Assembly (NCBI GenBank): GCA_964519905.1
Contig: CAZFLN010000003.1
Location: forward strand, 1,413-65,412
Direction of reading: 5' to 3'
Origin: an uncultured Pseudomonadales bacterium
Lineage (GTDB): Bacteria; Patescibacteriota; Microgenomatia; UBA1400; UBA1396
DNA length: 64,000 bases
The notes beneath the pieces were generated by a model. That model was not told the origin of the DNA and ran no database searches. It worked only from the letters and a program-made list of their open reading frames with translations. Positions within the stretch are counted from its first letter, which is position 1. Every line of letters begins with the position of its first letter. Shown piece by piece: positions 8,881 through 18,203 of this stretch. The position numbers and the translations under genes are program-made.

Positions 8881-9810
8881 TTAGGTCAGGATAGTGAATG
8901 CTCGCACATTTCCTAAGGAAGTATGAATTTCTCGACCTGGAGTTTCTTTTTCGTGAACCATAAATTCGAGTTTCTTTTCTGATAAGAAGTTTTCGAGTTT
9001 GTCCATATAAAATGAATCAATTGTTGATGGCGCAGTAGGTGTATTCAGGTCGTTGATAGCGCAGTGCTTTCCGCCGATGATACAAGCGATCCTGCAAATA
9101 CCATCCGAATACAATTTCACAACAGTTTTCGTTTCTTTTGGTGCTGTTAAAAATAGTATCCGTTCAAGCACCATAAGTTTTTTCGCATATTCATTTAAAG
9201 CAGTAATGTCAGGATTATTCTCAGGATTTGCTTTTTCAAACGTGTCATAAAAGTAGCCAATTCCTTGTGTAGGATCAGCGTGCATTTCATTTTTCAGACT
9301 GTTTTTATGTTGCAATATATACTGATATAAGGTTCTGGTGACTTCGGTATTGGCATCGTAAAACGCTCTATTAAACTGAGAAGCAGGGGAACCGAAATTA
9401 ATAAATACTTCCGGCAAGTCTGTTGGGTTTAGCCCAAGCTCAAATGCTTTGTTTCGTACAACGTACTGGAGGGCATTGCACTTATGTATCGATTGGTGTT
9501 TTCTCAGATCATCAATCGAGGTGAGAGAATTAAGAGTGATATCAAACCACTCGCCGAGTCGACTAGCATCTTTTTCTGAGTAGGCGCGGATTGCGTTTTG
9601 ACTTTTATTTTCTGATTCAAGACAGATGGCAAAAATCTGCGGATCATTGACTAAACACTGTTTTCCATCTTTGAAGACCCCGTCTGCTGTGACCTGATAT
9701 CCATTTTTGAGCAAATTCTCTTGATAAATTCTGTGAGCTAAGGGCAAATGGTGCCCTCGTATATCGATTGATTTTGGGTTTTCAGAGAATTCTTGAGACA
9801 TAGGAAACAT
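8881..9810 (-). CDS. hypothetical protein (AT-richer than its neighbours)
   Basis: Complete 309-aa ORF, 25 nt downstream of the nuclease gene on the same strand. No recognisable motifs. Confidence 0.45.
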   Translation of the reverse strand: MFPMSQEFSENPKSIDIRGHHLPLAHRIYQENLLKNGYQVTADGVFKDGKQCLVNDPQIFAICLESENKSQNAIRAYSEKDASRLGEWFDITLNSLTSIDDLRKHQSIHKCNALQYVVRNKAFELGLNPTDLPEVFINFGSPASQFNRAFYDANTEVTRTLYQYILQHKNSLKNEMHADPTQGIGYFYDTFEKANPENNPDITALNEYAKKLMVLERILFLTAPKETKTVVKLYSDGICRIACIIGGKHCAINDLNTPTAPSTIDSFYMDKLENFLSEKKLEFMVHEKETPGREIHTSLGNVRAFTILT

Positions 9811-9869
9811 TTTATCAAAATTCTGGTGAATGTTTTCTTCAGTAGTACTTTCCCTGATATACTGACTCC

Positions 9870-11234
9870 ATGTCCTTGATTCCAGACGAAGCGGTGTTTT
9901 CGGTCGGTGAGTATCTCGATCTTTTGAATGGGCTGCTGCAGCCGGTTCGAGTCACTGTGCAAGGAGAAGTTACTCAGATGCAGGAGCGCGGGAGTGCGGT
10001 GTACTTTACGCTCAGTGACTCCAAACAGAAAGCCACTTTGAGTGCGCTGATTTGGCGCGACAAGCTCTATAAATCTGGTGTGACGTTGGCTGTGGGGCAA
10101 GAATTTTCTTGCGTTGGCGCGAGCAATATTTACAAGCCGATTGGTCGAATGAGTTTTTTAGTGGAGCAACTGCGCCCAGTTGGCGAAGGAGCACTCCAAC
10201 AGGCTTTTGAAAAACTCAAAAAGCAGCTCGAATCCGAAGGGTACTTTGCTTCGCAGCGCAAGCGCCCGTTGCCACTATATCCAGAGCGCGTGGTCGTGCT
10301 TTCTTCTGCGCAAGGTGATGCCATTCGTGATTTCCGCACTCACCTTGGAAACTATGTAACGCAACTGGAACTGATTGATGTGCGCGTGGAAGGGGTCAAC
10401 GCCATCCCGAGTATTGTTCAGGCACTCGATGCAGTCTATGCCCGTGCGGATCGTCCAGATGTTATTGTGCTGACTCGCGGTGGTGGCAGTCTGGAAAGTT
10501 TACAAGCCTTTAATTCGCGTGAAGTAGCTGAGGCGATTTTTCGCTCACCGGTGCCGGTCGTGAGTGCCATTGGGCATGAACGGGATGTTTCGATTGCTGA
10601 CATGGTGGCTGATCTCCGCGCTTCAACGCCAACTGACGCTGGAAAAATCCTCAGCCGCGAGTGGTCTCGAGCAGCAGAGCATATTGGACAGGTGCAACAA
10701 GCCATTGTGTGGCGACTGGGCGCGCTGGTTCAGCAGAAGCGCGAACGGATTGACGTGTTGCCTCAACGTTGGATTCAGCGACTTCAGGCGAGAATTCAGT
10801 ACCAGCGCGCCACACTCAACCATTCTGCTTTGCTCGGGAAAACAGTTCGTCAGCGGTTTGTGCAACACTTGGATCGTCGGACGCAACGACTCACGCAGTG
10901 GGAGCAGCGGTGGCAGAGTCTGCTGGGAGATCGTCGACTTCAAACCGAGGCGTACGGCTCCAGTATTGTGAATCGTTTCCGCCAGCATCTGCAACAGCAG
11001 CAACGAGCGGTGCAGGTGCAGGAACAGTTTTTCCAAGCAGTCAGTCCAGAGCGTCGATTGGCGCAAGGCTATGTCTGGCTTACCAGTGAGGACGGGAAAA
11101 TACTCCGTTCTGTGCAGAACGTACAGCCTGGTGATGCTTTCAGTGTTACCATGACTGACGGGACTGTCACCGCCTCTGTAAAAAATATTAACAGCAAAAA
11201 CAAACAAGAATCAGATAGAAAGAAGGAATCATGA
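9870..11234 (+). CDS. xseA: exodeoxyribonuclease VII large subunit
   Basis: N-terminal OB-fold block (VTVQGEVTQ...GSAVYFTLSD). Catalytic region VVVLSSAQGDAIRDF, VLTRGGGSLESLQAFN and SAIGHERDVSIADMVADLRASTPT. Confidence 0.85.
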   Translation: MSLIPDEAVFSVGEYLDLLNGLLQPVRVTVQGEVTQMQERGSAVYFTLSDSKQKATLSALIWRDKLYKSGVTLAVGQEFSCVGASNIYKPIGRMSFLVEQLRPVGEGALQQAFEKLKKQLESEGYFASQRKRPLPLYPERVVVLSSAQGDAIRDFRTHLGNYVTQLELIDVRVEGVNAIPSIVQALDAVYARADRPDVIVLTRGGGSLESLQAFNSREVAEAIFRSPVPVVSAIGHERDVSIADMVADLRASTPTDAGKILSREWSRAAEHIGQVQQAIVWRLGALVQQKRERIDVLPQRWIQRLQARIQYQRATLNHSALLGKTVRQRFVQHLDRRTQRLTQWEQRWQSLLGDRRLQTEAYGSSIVNRFRQHLQQQQRAVQVQEQFFQAVSPERRLAQGYVWLTSEDGKILRSVQNVQPGDAFSVTMTDGTVTASVKNINSKNKQESDRKKES

Positions 11235-11449
11235 GTCAAAACGACATGCAGACCCCAACATCATTCGCTGAGGCAATGAAGGAACTCGACACGCTCAACG
11301 AGTGGTTCCAGCAAGACGATCTCGATCTGGAGAAAGGTCTCGAAAAACTGCAACGCGCTCGTACACTGATTGAGTACTGTCAGAAACGACTCGACACCGT
11401 CGAAACCGAGTTCGTGCAGCTCAAGCAGGGATTTGAGAAGGTGGAGTAA
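11231..11449 (+). CDS. xseB: exodeoxyribonuclease VII small subunit
   Basis: 72 aa, SFAEAMKELDTLNEWFQQDDLDLEKGLEKLQRARTLIEYCQKRLDTVE. ATGA overlap with xseA. Confidence 0.8.
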   Translation: MSQNDMQTPTSFAEAMKELDTLNEWFQQDDLDLEKGLEKLQRARTLIEYCQKRLDTVETEFVQLKQGFEKVE

Positions 11450-11515
11450 GAAAATAAAAGTGAAGAAAACAGTTTTAAAATACGGTAGCATTAAAGGAAG
11501 TTCAACGCGGTGAGA

Positions 11516-12754
11516 TCAGTTGCTAAAGAAAACTGCCTCTTTTTCGACGGCAATGTACTCATCAAAGAGGGTTTTTAATTTTGGGAACTGCCAAGCTTTG
11601 CTGCTAACTGAACGAATATTTTCGAATCGGGGTTGGCCAAAAAAGTTCTGAAATGTTTCTTTTTTTATCTTATCCCAAAGTTCAGTTCTTTTTTGTTGAA
11701 TACTGTTTTTTGCTTCAATAAAGGGTATTCCCTCAGAGAGAAAGGGCAAAACTGTATCTTCATCGGGAGCTCTATCAACCACATTCATATTCTCCCCGCA
11801 TCGATCTCTGAGCCATTTTTGTGTAAAAGGTGGAAGTACTCCTGGAGAAACGGTTATCCTAAAACGTTTCAAACTCTGTGGGTGTTCTCGGATTAGCTGC
11901 CCAAAATCTGCCAAATCTTTTTGGTTTATTATCCAGGCACCGAGAGAGTCACACTGGTCAGGACTAATTGGCTCAAAAATCACTGCTTCGATATACGCGC
12001 TTGGATTTCCGTCGATAATAATTAATTTTTCTCGCTGCTCACTGGTTATTAAGTTCCCACCCACTACTAAGGCATTTTGAGTTGCCGCCGCTTGGTCTAT
12101 CAGATTAATCATAGCCTGGATAATCACAACATGTTCTTGGCTGAGTAAAGAACTCTGGTCGAAGCTATAAGAATCTCCATTTTTTTTCACATGTTTGAAG
12201 CTATCTTGAAAGCAGAAAGTCACGAATGTGAACTTTTTGGGGTCGAGTTCTAAGAAAAAATGGCCATAATTTGGACCAGCCCCTTGTTTTCTCGCAGAGT
12301 CGGATGCCACTACGGCTGCATAGAGAGGATGTTCTGTGAGGGGGTTTGTGGCAAGGGACTTCCGCAATGACTCTTCGGCGACTTGTCTGTACCGGATATA
12401 CTCATCGTGGAAGTTTTTCCCTTGAGTTGTTGCCCCCTTTTTGAGTTGATTGAGATCTCCTCCGGTCGAGGAGAGATGGTCCCAAAAAGTCTCCTGATTG
12501 TTTAACTCCAGAAAACGAGACAGACTTGCGGCGCTTAAATTAATACTGAATCGTATCTGGTTTTGTATCTGTTCCACTTCGTGTTGTAAAGCCAGCATAG
12601 CGGCTTCTTGGTTTGGATAGTACCCTTTGGTTACAGACTCTGTAAGAAATTGTGCTAAAAGGCGATTTGTATTTTGTCTTGAAGTTGTTTCTGTTTGTCT
12701 CTGAGGAAATTCAGGCGGATTTGTGATTTCTCTATTTTTGATATCTGCTGACAT
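11516..12754 (-). CDS. hypothetical protein (AT-richer than its neighbours)
   Basis: Complete 412-aa ORF, convergent with xseB. No recognisable family. Confidence 0.45.
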   Translation of the reverse strand: MSADIKNREITNPPEFPQRQTETTSRQNTNRLLAQFLTESVTKGYYPNQEAAMLALQHEVEQIQNQIRFSINLSAASLSRFLELNNQETFWDHLSSTGGDLNQLKKGATTQGKNFHDEYIRYRQVAEESLRKSLATNPLTEHPLYAAVVASDSARKQGAGPNYGHFFLELDPKKFTFVTFCFQDSFKHVKKNGDSYSFDQSSLLSQEHVVIIQAMINLIDQAAATQNALVVGGNLITSEQREKLIIIDGNPSAYIEAVIFEPISPDQCDSLGAWIINQKDLADFGQLIREHPQSLKRFRITVSPGVLPPFTQKWLRDRCGENMNVVDRAPDEDTVLPFLSEGIPFIEAKNSIQQKRTELWDKIKKETFQNFFGQPRFENIRSVSSKAWQFPKLKTLFDEYIAVEKEAVFFSN

Positions 12755-12755
12755 T

Positions 12756-13586
12756 TTACGTCCTCATCCCTCTCTTTAATTTTTCACTCGACAGGATGAG
12801 GCTCTCGGCATATTTCCGCTCGGCGGTTTTGTTGTACTCGACTAAACTGCTGCGCAGCAGTTCGCCGCTCAGACCGAGTGAAGCCTGGATCTCCTGCGCC
12901 AGCGTGTAGTCGGTGTAGACGGTGTCGCTGGTGGCGTGGAAGATTCCAAGTGGTCGGTTCGTAAAGCACCAGCGGATCACTTCACAGAGCCACTCGATTG
13001 GGGTGAGGGTGTAGAAGTGGTCGTCAAAAAATGGACCAGTTTTTCCCGCCTGCAGAGCTCCGGCCATTTTGTGCCAGATGTCCGGTTTGGTAAATTCGTC
13101 TTGACGGTATGGGAAGTTAATACGCAAAATCGTATGATTTTGCGGCAGAATTTCAGTTACTTTTTGTTCTGCTTCTAATTTGGTTTCGGCGTACCAATCG
13201 ATCGGATTGGGCGTGTCGGTTTCCACGTATGGTGCTTTGCTGGTTCCATCAAAAACAAAGCCAGTCGACATATGTACGAGGTGCTTACCATGTTTGGCGC
13301 AGGCACGAGCAATGTTTTCGGTTCCCAGAACATTCACCTTATACACCAAACCGGTGCGGTCGCCTTTTTCCTTTTCTGCGGTATTGAGATCCGTGAATGC
13401 AGCCAGGTGAAGCACAACTGTGGCAGGAGAAGCGGCGACTGCCGCTTCGACTTGCTCAGCATTCGTAATGTCCACACCTTGTGACAAGTCAAGATTTTGG
13501 AAGGTGAATGCGTCACCCAGCATTTCTACGACTTTTGTGCCAATCAGGCCACTTAAACCAGTACCGAGAACAGGAATTTTTTCCAT
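12756..13586 (-). CDS. rmlD: dTDP-4-dehydrorhamnose reductase
   Basis: Internal Met start (MEKIPVLGTGLSGLIGTKVV). Rossmann GxxGxxG, YAETKLEAEQ (YxxxK) and overall RmlD-like layout. It sits 2 nt downstream of rmlC. Confidence 0.7.
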   Translation of the reverse strand: MEKIPVLGTGLSGLIGTKVVEMLGDAFTFQNLDLSQGVDITNAEQVEAAVAASPATVVLHLAAFTDLNTAEKEKGDRTGLVYKVNVLGTENIARACAKHGKHLVHMSTGFVFDGTSKAPYVETDTPNPIDWYAETKLEAEQKVTEILPQNHTILRINFPYRQDEFTKPDIWHKMAGALQAGKTGPFFDDHFYTLTPIEWLCEVIRWCFTNRPLGIFHATSDTVYTDYTLAQEIQASLGLSGELLRSSLVEYNKTAERKYAESLILSSEKLKRGMRT

Positions 13587-13588
13587 GG

Positions 13589-14119
13589 CTACTCGCGGCT
13601 CATTTCCCACATGGCTTCGCCAAAGTGGTTCCAAGGCAGGCGCTTTTCGTCTGGATTCTGTGGATTGAAGTGGTTGGTGACAAAGTAGATCAGGTTGACT
13701 GGTGTGCCCCAGATGTTCCCAGCTCCGTGGATCACGCCAGCCGGAATACGCAACAGGGTGTTGCTGCCTGCTCCCAGGACCATGCGAACGTGTTCGCCCT
13801 GGGTTGGTGATCCTTCACGAGCATCGATCATGTTGACCAACAAGCGATCGTACGGAGAAACGTACCAAAGGTCTTCTTGGTGTTCATGGAAGTGGAAAGC
13901 TTTAATGACACCTGGCAAAACCACTGACATATTCACTTGCTTGGCCTCAAATCCTTCCAAACCCTGGTACATGCCACCTTCAAAACGACCCAGTTCGGTA
14001 AAGTTTCCACTGTCATCGCGATGGAATGGAGGAGTGATGATTTCTACTCCTTCGATACGTGGTTTCTTAAGGTATTCCTGCACCGTAACGGCGGCTTGGA
14101 TTTCGGAAGCGATTGTCAT
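13589..14119 (-). CDS. rmlC: dTDP-4-dehydrorhamnose 3,5-epimerase
   Basis: Cupin blocks (GNFTELGRFEGGMYQG, VVLPGVIKAFHFHEHQEDLWYVSPYDRLLVNMIDAREGSPT, GAGNIWGTPVNLIYFVTNHFNPQNPDEKRLPWN). Confidence 0.85.
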   Translation of the reverse strand: MTIASEIQAAVTVQEYLKKPRIEGVEIITPPFHRDDSGNFTELGRFEGGMYQGLEGFEAKQVNMSVVLPGVIKAFHFHEHQEDLWYVSPYDRLLVNMIDAREGSPTQGEHVRMVLGAGSNTLLRIPAGVIHGAGNIWGTPVNLIYFVTNHFNPQNPDEKRLPWNHFGEAMWEMSRE

Positions 14120-14148
14120 TGTATTCCTTTCTGCTCTGGATTCAGAGA

Positions 14149-15165
14149 TTAGACTCGACCTTGGTATTGTTGTTCGTAGTACTTGGCGTACTCACCAGAT
14201 TTAATGCGCTGCCACCACTCTGGATGCTCTTGATACCAGTCAATGGTTTGACGCAAGCCTTCTTCGAGCGTGACACTCGGCTTCCAGCCCAGCTCTCGCT
14301 CGATTTTTGAAAAGTCTATGGCATAGCGGCGGTCGTGTCCAGGGCGATCCTGCACGAACTCGATATCGTCTTCGGTTTTGCCCATCAGCTGGAGGAGCAT
14401 TTTGACTAAATCTAAGTTAGAAACATCTTGCCACAATCCACCAATGCAGTAGGTTTCACCAACTTTTCCTCGGAGCAAAATTGCTTCGATGGCTCTGCAG
14501 TGGTCGACTACGAACAGCCAATCTCGCACATTTAATCCGTCGCCATAGACCGGCACTTTTTTCCCCTCCAGCAGATTCGTGATCGCCAAAGGAATCAATT
14601 TTTCTGGGAAGTGATACGGGCCATAATTATTGGCACAGTTACTGATCGTGATTGGAAGCCCATATGTGTCGTAGTAGGCGCGTACGAGGTGATCGGACCC
14701 AGCTTTACTGGCTGAGTATGGGCTGTGTGGATCGTAGGGAGTATTTTCGTCGAACTTGGTGTCGCTCCCAAGTTCCAGACTGCCGAAGACTTCGTCGGTA
14801 GAAATATGGTGGAAGCGTTTGATGTTGAGTTCGCGCGCCGCGTCCAACAGGACCTGGGTGCCGACTACGTTGGTAGTCACAAACGAGCTTGGATCAACAA
14901 TTGAGCGGTCCACGTGACTTTCGGCCGCAAAGTGCACCACCACGTCGCACCCAGTCATCGCGGCGCGCACTTGCTCTGGATTGCGGATATCTCCCTGTAC
15001 GAAAGTGTAGTTTGGGTTGTCTTGAACAGAGCTCAAGTTCTCCAAATTTCCGGCGTAGGTCAGGAGATCAAAGTTCACGATAGAGTCAGCTGGGTGCTGC
15101 TGCATCCAGTGCAAAATGAAATTTGAGCCGATAAATCCGGCTCCTCCGGTCACAAAAAGCTTCAT
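14149..15165 (-). CDS. rmlB: dTDP-glucose 4,6-dehydratase
   Basis: Start at MKLFVTGGAGFIGSNFILHW with an AGGAGA RBS. SDR blocks throughout (YSASKAGSDHLVRAY). The ORF-track N-terminal extension to 15276 is spurious. Confidence 0.85.
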   Translation of the reverse strand: MKLFVTGGAGFIGSNFILHWMQQHPADSIVNFDLLTYAGNLENLSSVQDNPNYTFVQGDIRNPEQVRAAMTGCDVVVHFAAESHVDRSIVDPSSFVTTNVVGTQVLLDAARELNIKRFHHISTDEVFGSLELGSDTKFDENTPYDPHSPYSASKAGSDHLVRAYYDTYGLPITISNCANNYGPYHFPEKLIPLAITNLLEGKKVPVYGDGLNVRDWLFVVDHCRAIEAILLRGKVGETYCIGGLWQDVSNLDLVKMLLQLMGKTEDDIEFVQDRPGHDRRYAIDFSKIERELGWKPSVTLEEGLRQTIDWYQEHPEWWQRIKSGEYAKYYEQQYQGRV

Positions 15166-15226
15166 ACGATTCTTTCTCCTCTTCTTGCATTGTACAGGAC
15201 GACGTTTATCTGGCAGAATAGGCGGG

Positions 15227-16387
15227 ATGACCGAATCATCTCGAACCAACTCAACGACAGACATACCTCTCACCAAAGGATCTAATGACCCTGGGGTAAC
15301 GGTACGTGTGGTCCTGGTCTCTTATAATACTGCCAAGCTTACCCTGCAAGCAATTGACTCAGTTTTACAGACAAAAATCCCGAAAAACAAGAAGCTGACG
15401 TACGAGATTGTCGTAATTGATAATGCCTCGAGCGATCGAACACTCGCTTCTTTGCGCCGAAAATATGCAGTACGGTTGAATCGCACTGCGCACAGAACTT
15501 GGCAAACAAAAGTGAGTTCTCCGGAAGTTTTTGAAAAACTGCCATCAGTGCAGCGTGATAGAGCCGTGGTCACCGAGATGCTTACTGGCACAATCGATGG
15601 GGTAAATATCTCCGTACTGTTGTCAAAAGAAAATCTTGGGTTTGGACGCGCCAATAATCTGGCTCTGGCTGGCTCCGATGCGCAGTTCTACTTTCTGCTC
15701 AATACCGATGCGCAAGTTTCGAGTAACACATTGCCTCGTCTTGTTTCGCATTTCAAGAAGCCACGAAAAGCCAGTACCTCTGTATTAGGTCGTGCTCGCC
15801 ATAAACTGGATAATCCAGGGATTATTGCAGCTGATCTTCGGTATCCAGATGGATCAACCCAGCGGCAAGGCGGAGATCTTCCAAATCTTTCAAATATTGG
15901 GAATTGGGTGCTTTTTATAGATGACATTCCTGTGTTGCAGCAATTTTTGTCTTCCTACCAACACCATGACTCTGAAATGCGGAGCTTGCGTCGTCGACCC
16001 CTCAGTAAAGTCGGGTGGGTTGGTGGCACAGCTATGATGATCTCAGCCGCCTGTGTCGATGAAATTGGTGGATTTGATGAACAGTTGTTCATGTACGGTG
16101 AAGACGTTGAACTGTGTCTCCGTGCCACAAAACGTCATTGGGATGTTGCGCTCGCCACAGACACGACAGTAATCCACGTTGGATCGGCGAGCGCCGGCAG
16201 CAAAAATGCTCTTCATGGCGAGATTCGAGGCTTGCTCCATATCTGGAAAAAACACAGATCATCTCAAGAACTATGGGTTCTTCGGCAGATTCTCAAACTT
16301 GGACTTCACATGCGGGTCTTTGTGTTTGGTATACTGAGGCGATATGGCCAACAACGGATTTATGCAGAAGCTTTGGAACTGGTTTGA
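15227..16387 (+). CDS. glycosyltransferase family 2 (WbbL-like rhamnosyltransferase subfamily)
   Basis: Start at MTESSR (the upstream ORF extension overlaps rmlB on the other strand). Blocks VVLVSYNTAKLTL, VVIDNASSDRT, ENLGFGRANNL and FDEQLFMYGEDVELCLR. Confidence 0.7.
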   Translation: MTESSRTNSTTDIPLTKGSNDPGVTVRVVLVSYNTAKLTLQAIDSVLQTKIPKNKKLTYEIVVIDNASSDRTLASLRRKYAVRLNRTAHRTWQTKVSSPEVFEKLPSVQRDRAVVTEMLTGTIDGVNISVLLSKENLGFGRANNLALAGSDAQFYFLLNTDAQVSSNTLPRLVSHFKKPRKASTSVLGRARHKLDNPGIIAADLRYPDGSTQRQGGDLPNLSNIGNWVLFIDDIPVLQQFLSSYQHHDSEMRSLRRRPLSKVGWVGGTAMMISAACVDEIGGFDEQLFMYGEDVELCLRATKRHWDVALATDTTVIHVGSASAGSKNALHGEIRGLLHIWKKHRSSQELWVLRQILKLGLHMRVFVFGILRRYGQQRIYAEALELV

Positions 16388-18203
16388 CAACTCGTTTTTG
16401 TTGTTTGCTACTATTTTCTTCGTTGCCTTCATTCCGCTGTACCCCAAGATTCCACTCACAGACTTAATTCCAGGCTACATTGTTCGCTTACGTCTTGAAG
16501 ACTTTTTTGTTGCCGCCGCCGCAGCTTGGTGGGGTATTCAAGTATTACGGAAAAAAATTCATTGGCGAACACCTCTCACAGCGGCTATTGGCGGATACGT
16601 TTTAATTGGTTTGATCTCAAATCTTTCTGGAATGTTTCTCACTCAAACCATTCCAACCACGTTTGTACATGTGGGTAAGTCGGCGCTGCATTGGGCACGA
16701 TATATCCAGTATTTTTCGTTATTTTTCATTGCGTATAGTGGTGTAAAAACACGTGCGCAAGGTTTGTTGGCTGTGAGTACCTCAATACTCACGGTTGTAC
16801 TGGTTGGAATCTACGGATATGGTCAGAAATACTGGTACTGGCCACTGTACTCAACTATGAACCGAGAATTTAGTAAAGGCTTGCGCTTGGTACTCTCTCC
16901 GTATGGTCGAGTTCAGTCTACGTTTGCTGGTCATTACGATCTTGGAGCCTATTTAGTAATCGTCATTCCATTTGCTTTAGCTCTCTTCTTTGTCTTGGGT
17001 AGGAGAGAGTTATTACCAAGCTGGATAAAAACCAGGTGGATTCGTCCACTTCGCATAGTAAGTTTTCTCGCTTGGTTTTCTGGTTTGTGGCTTTTGGTTA
17101 TGTCTGCTTCTCGTGCAGCGTTTGTTGGCTACTTGGCTGGATTAGGTCTAGTTTTGCTTATTTGGGCTTGGAAAATCAAAGATTGGCGCTGGTTCTTGAC
17201 TCGTTCCATTGGTTTTTTCTTATTTAGCACAATAATGCTTGTGTTTGTGGGTGATCTGAGAACGCGTTTTGCTCAGCTGATTGATCAAAATAAATATCCT
17301 CGCGTTCACACTGCGTATCACACGGTAAATGACTATGCCAATAATCCACAAAAATTCTTAGCTTTTGTTGGTGTAAATGTTGAAGTGTCTGATGAGCAAA
17401 AATCCCTACAACAACTTGAAGCAGAACTCAACGAACAAGGGATGACTTTGAGTGACACGCAACCATTGCCTCGTCCGAGTGATGTAACAGTTGATGTTCC
17501 ATTGAAGGAATTTGACCTTGATGATCCTGCAGCCACTTTGGCTGCAAATGTGATTCGCCAAGGAGATAAACTCGTGCAACAGCAGACATTTTCTGATTGT
17601 GCTTTGAAGAGAAGCTTATCTCTGTGCATTCGTTTAGAAACACTCTGGCCTCAAGCAATTCAAGGTTTCTTGAAGAATCCAGTCGTAGGTTCTGGCTACG
17701 CTACATTGACTAAGTCACAGGTTGAGCAGTTTACCGAAGCCGATAGCACCGATAATAATTTCCTTCGGACGCTTGGTGAAAATGGAGTGGTAGGATTTGC
17801 CTTCTTCTACGGAGCGATCGGATTGAGTATGTGGTTCTCTTGGAGAATGGCCTTTGATTCTTCCGATACTGTTCTGAGTTCGTTCGGTATCGCGGCGTTT
17901 GCTGGCGCAGTTGGTTTACTCTTGAACGCTGTGTACATCGATGTATTCGCCGCCTCGAAAGTCGCATATACTTTTTGGCTGATGCAAGGTGTGGTGCTCG
18001 CTGTTGGCGTGAAAGAGGGAGTTATTGCCCCAAAATTCGCATTTGAGCGAGCAAAACAATCGGAAGAACTGGCACAAATTTCTGCACTTTTGCAGAAAAT
18101 GGAGAGTAAGCGGACCGAGAAGTACCAAGATTCTCATTACTTGTCAGCTGCGAAGCAGTCTCAGAAGCGTCGAAAGCCAAAGAAGAACGTTCGTCATGTT
18201 TAA
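16344..18203 (+). CDS. O-antigen ligase/polymerase (Wzy_C) family polytopic membrane protein with a large inserted soluble region
   Basis: SASRAAFVGYLAGLGLVL motif. Many TM segments. A hydrophilic coiled-coil-like insert (~aa 330-450). C-terminal GSGYATLT...NNFLRTLGENGVVGFAFF block. Confidence 0.55.
   Translation: MANNGFMQKLWNWFDNSFLLFATIFFVAFIPLYPKIPLTDLIPGYIVRLRLEDFFVAAAAAWWGIQVLRKKIHWRTPLTAAIGGYVLIGLISNLSGMFLTQTIPTTFVHVGKSALHWARYIQYFSLFFIAYSGVKTRAQGLLAVSTSILTVVLVGIYGYGQKYWYWPLYSTMNREFSKGLRLVLSPYGRVQSTFAGHYDLGAYLVIVIPFALALFFVLGRRELLPSWIKTRWIRPLRIVSFLAWFSGLWLLVMSASRAAFVGYLAGLGLVLLIWAWKIKDWRWFLTRSIGFFLFSTIMLVFVGDLRTRFAQLIDQNKYPRVHTAYHTVNDYANNPQKFLAFVGVNVEVSDEQKSLQQLEAELNEQGMTLSDTQPLPRPSDVTVDVPLKEFDLDDPAATLAANVIRQGDKLVQQQTFSDCALKRSLSLCIRLETLWPQAIQGFLKNPVVGSGYATLTKSQVEQFTEADSTDNNFLRTLGENGVVGFAFFYGAIGLSMWFSWRMAFDSSDTVLSSFGIAAFAGAVGLLLNAVYIDVFAASKVAYTFWLMQGVVLAVGVKEGVIAPKFAFERAKQSEELAQISALLQKMESKRTEKYQDSHYLSAAKQSQKRRKPKKNVRHV

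Noticed and set aside
10436-11207. Antisense or alternative-frame ORFs inside xseA (10436-10705, 10564-10971, 10623-11207, 10769-11089)
   Set aside because: They are shadow ORFs within a well-supported conserved xseA frame.
15116-15226. Long N-terminal extensions suggested by the ORF track (for example 15116, 18025, 24745, 37104, 41067, 38726-38938 and 54295-54363)
   Set aside because: The extensions overlap neighbouring genes or lack conservation. Internal Met starts with an RBS or coupling to the upstream stop fit better.
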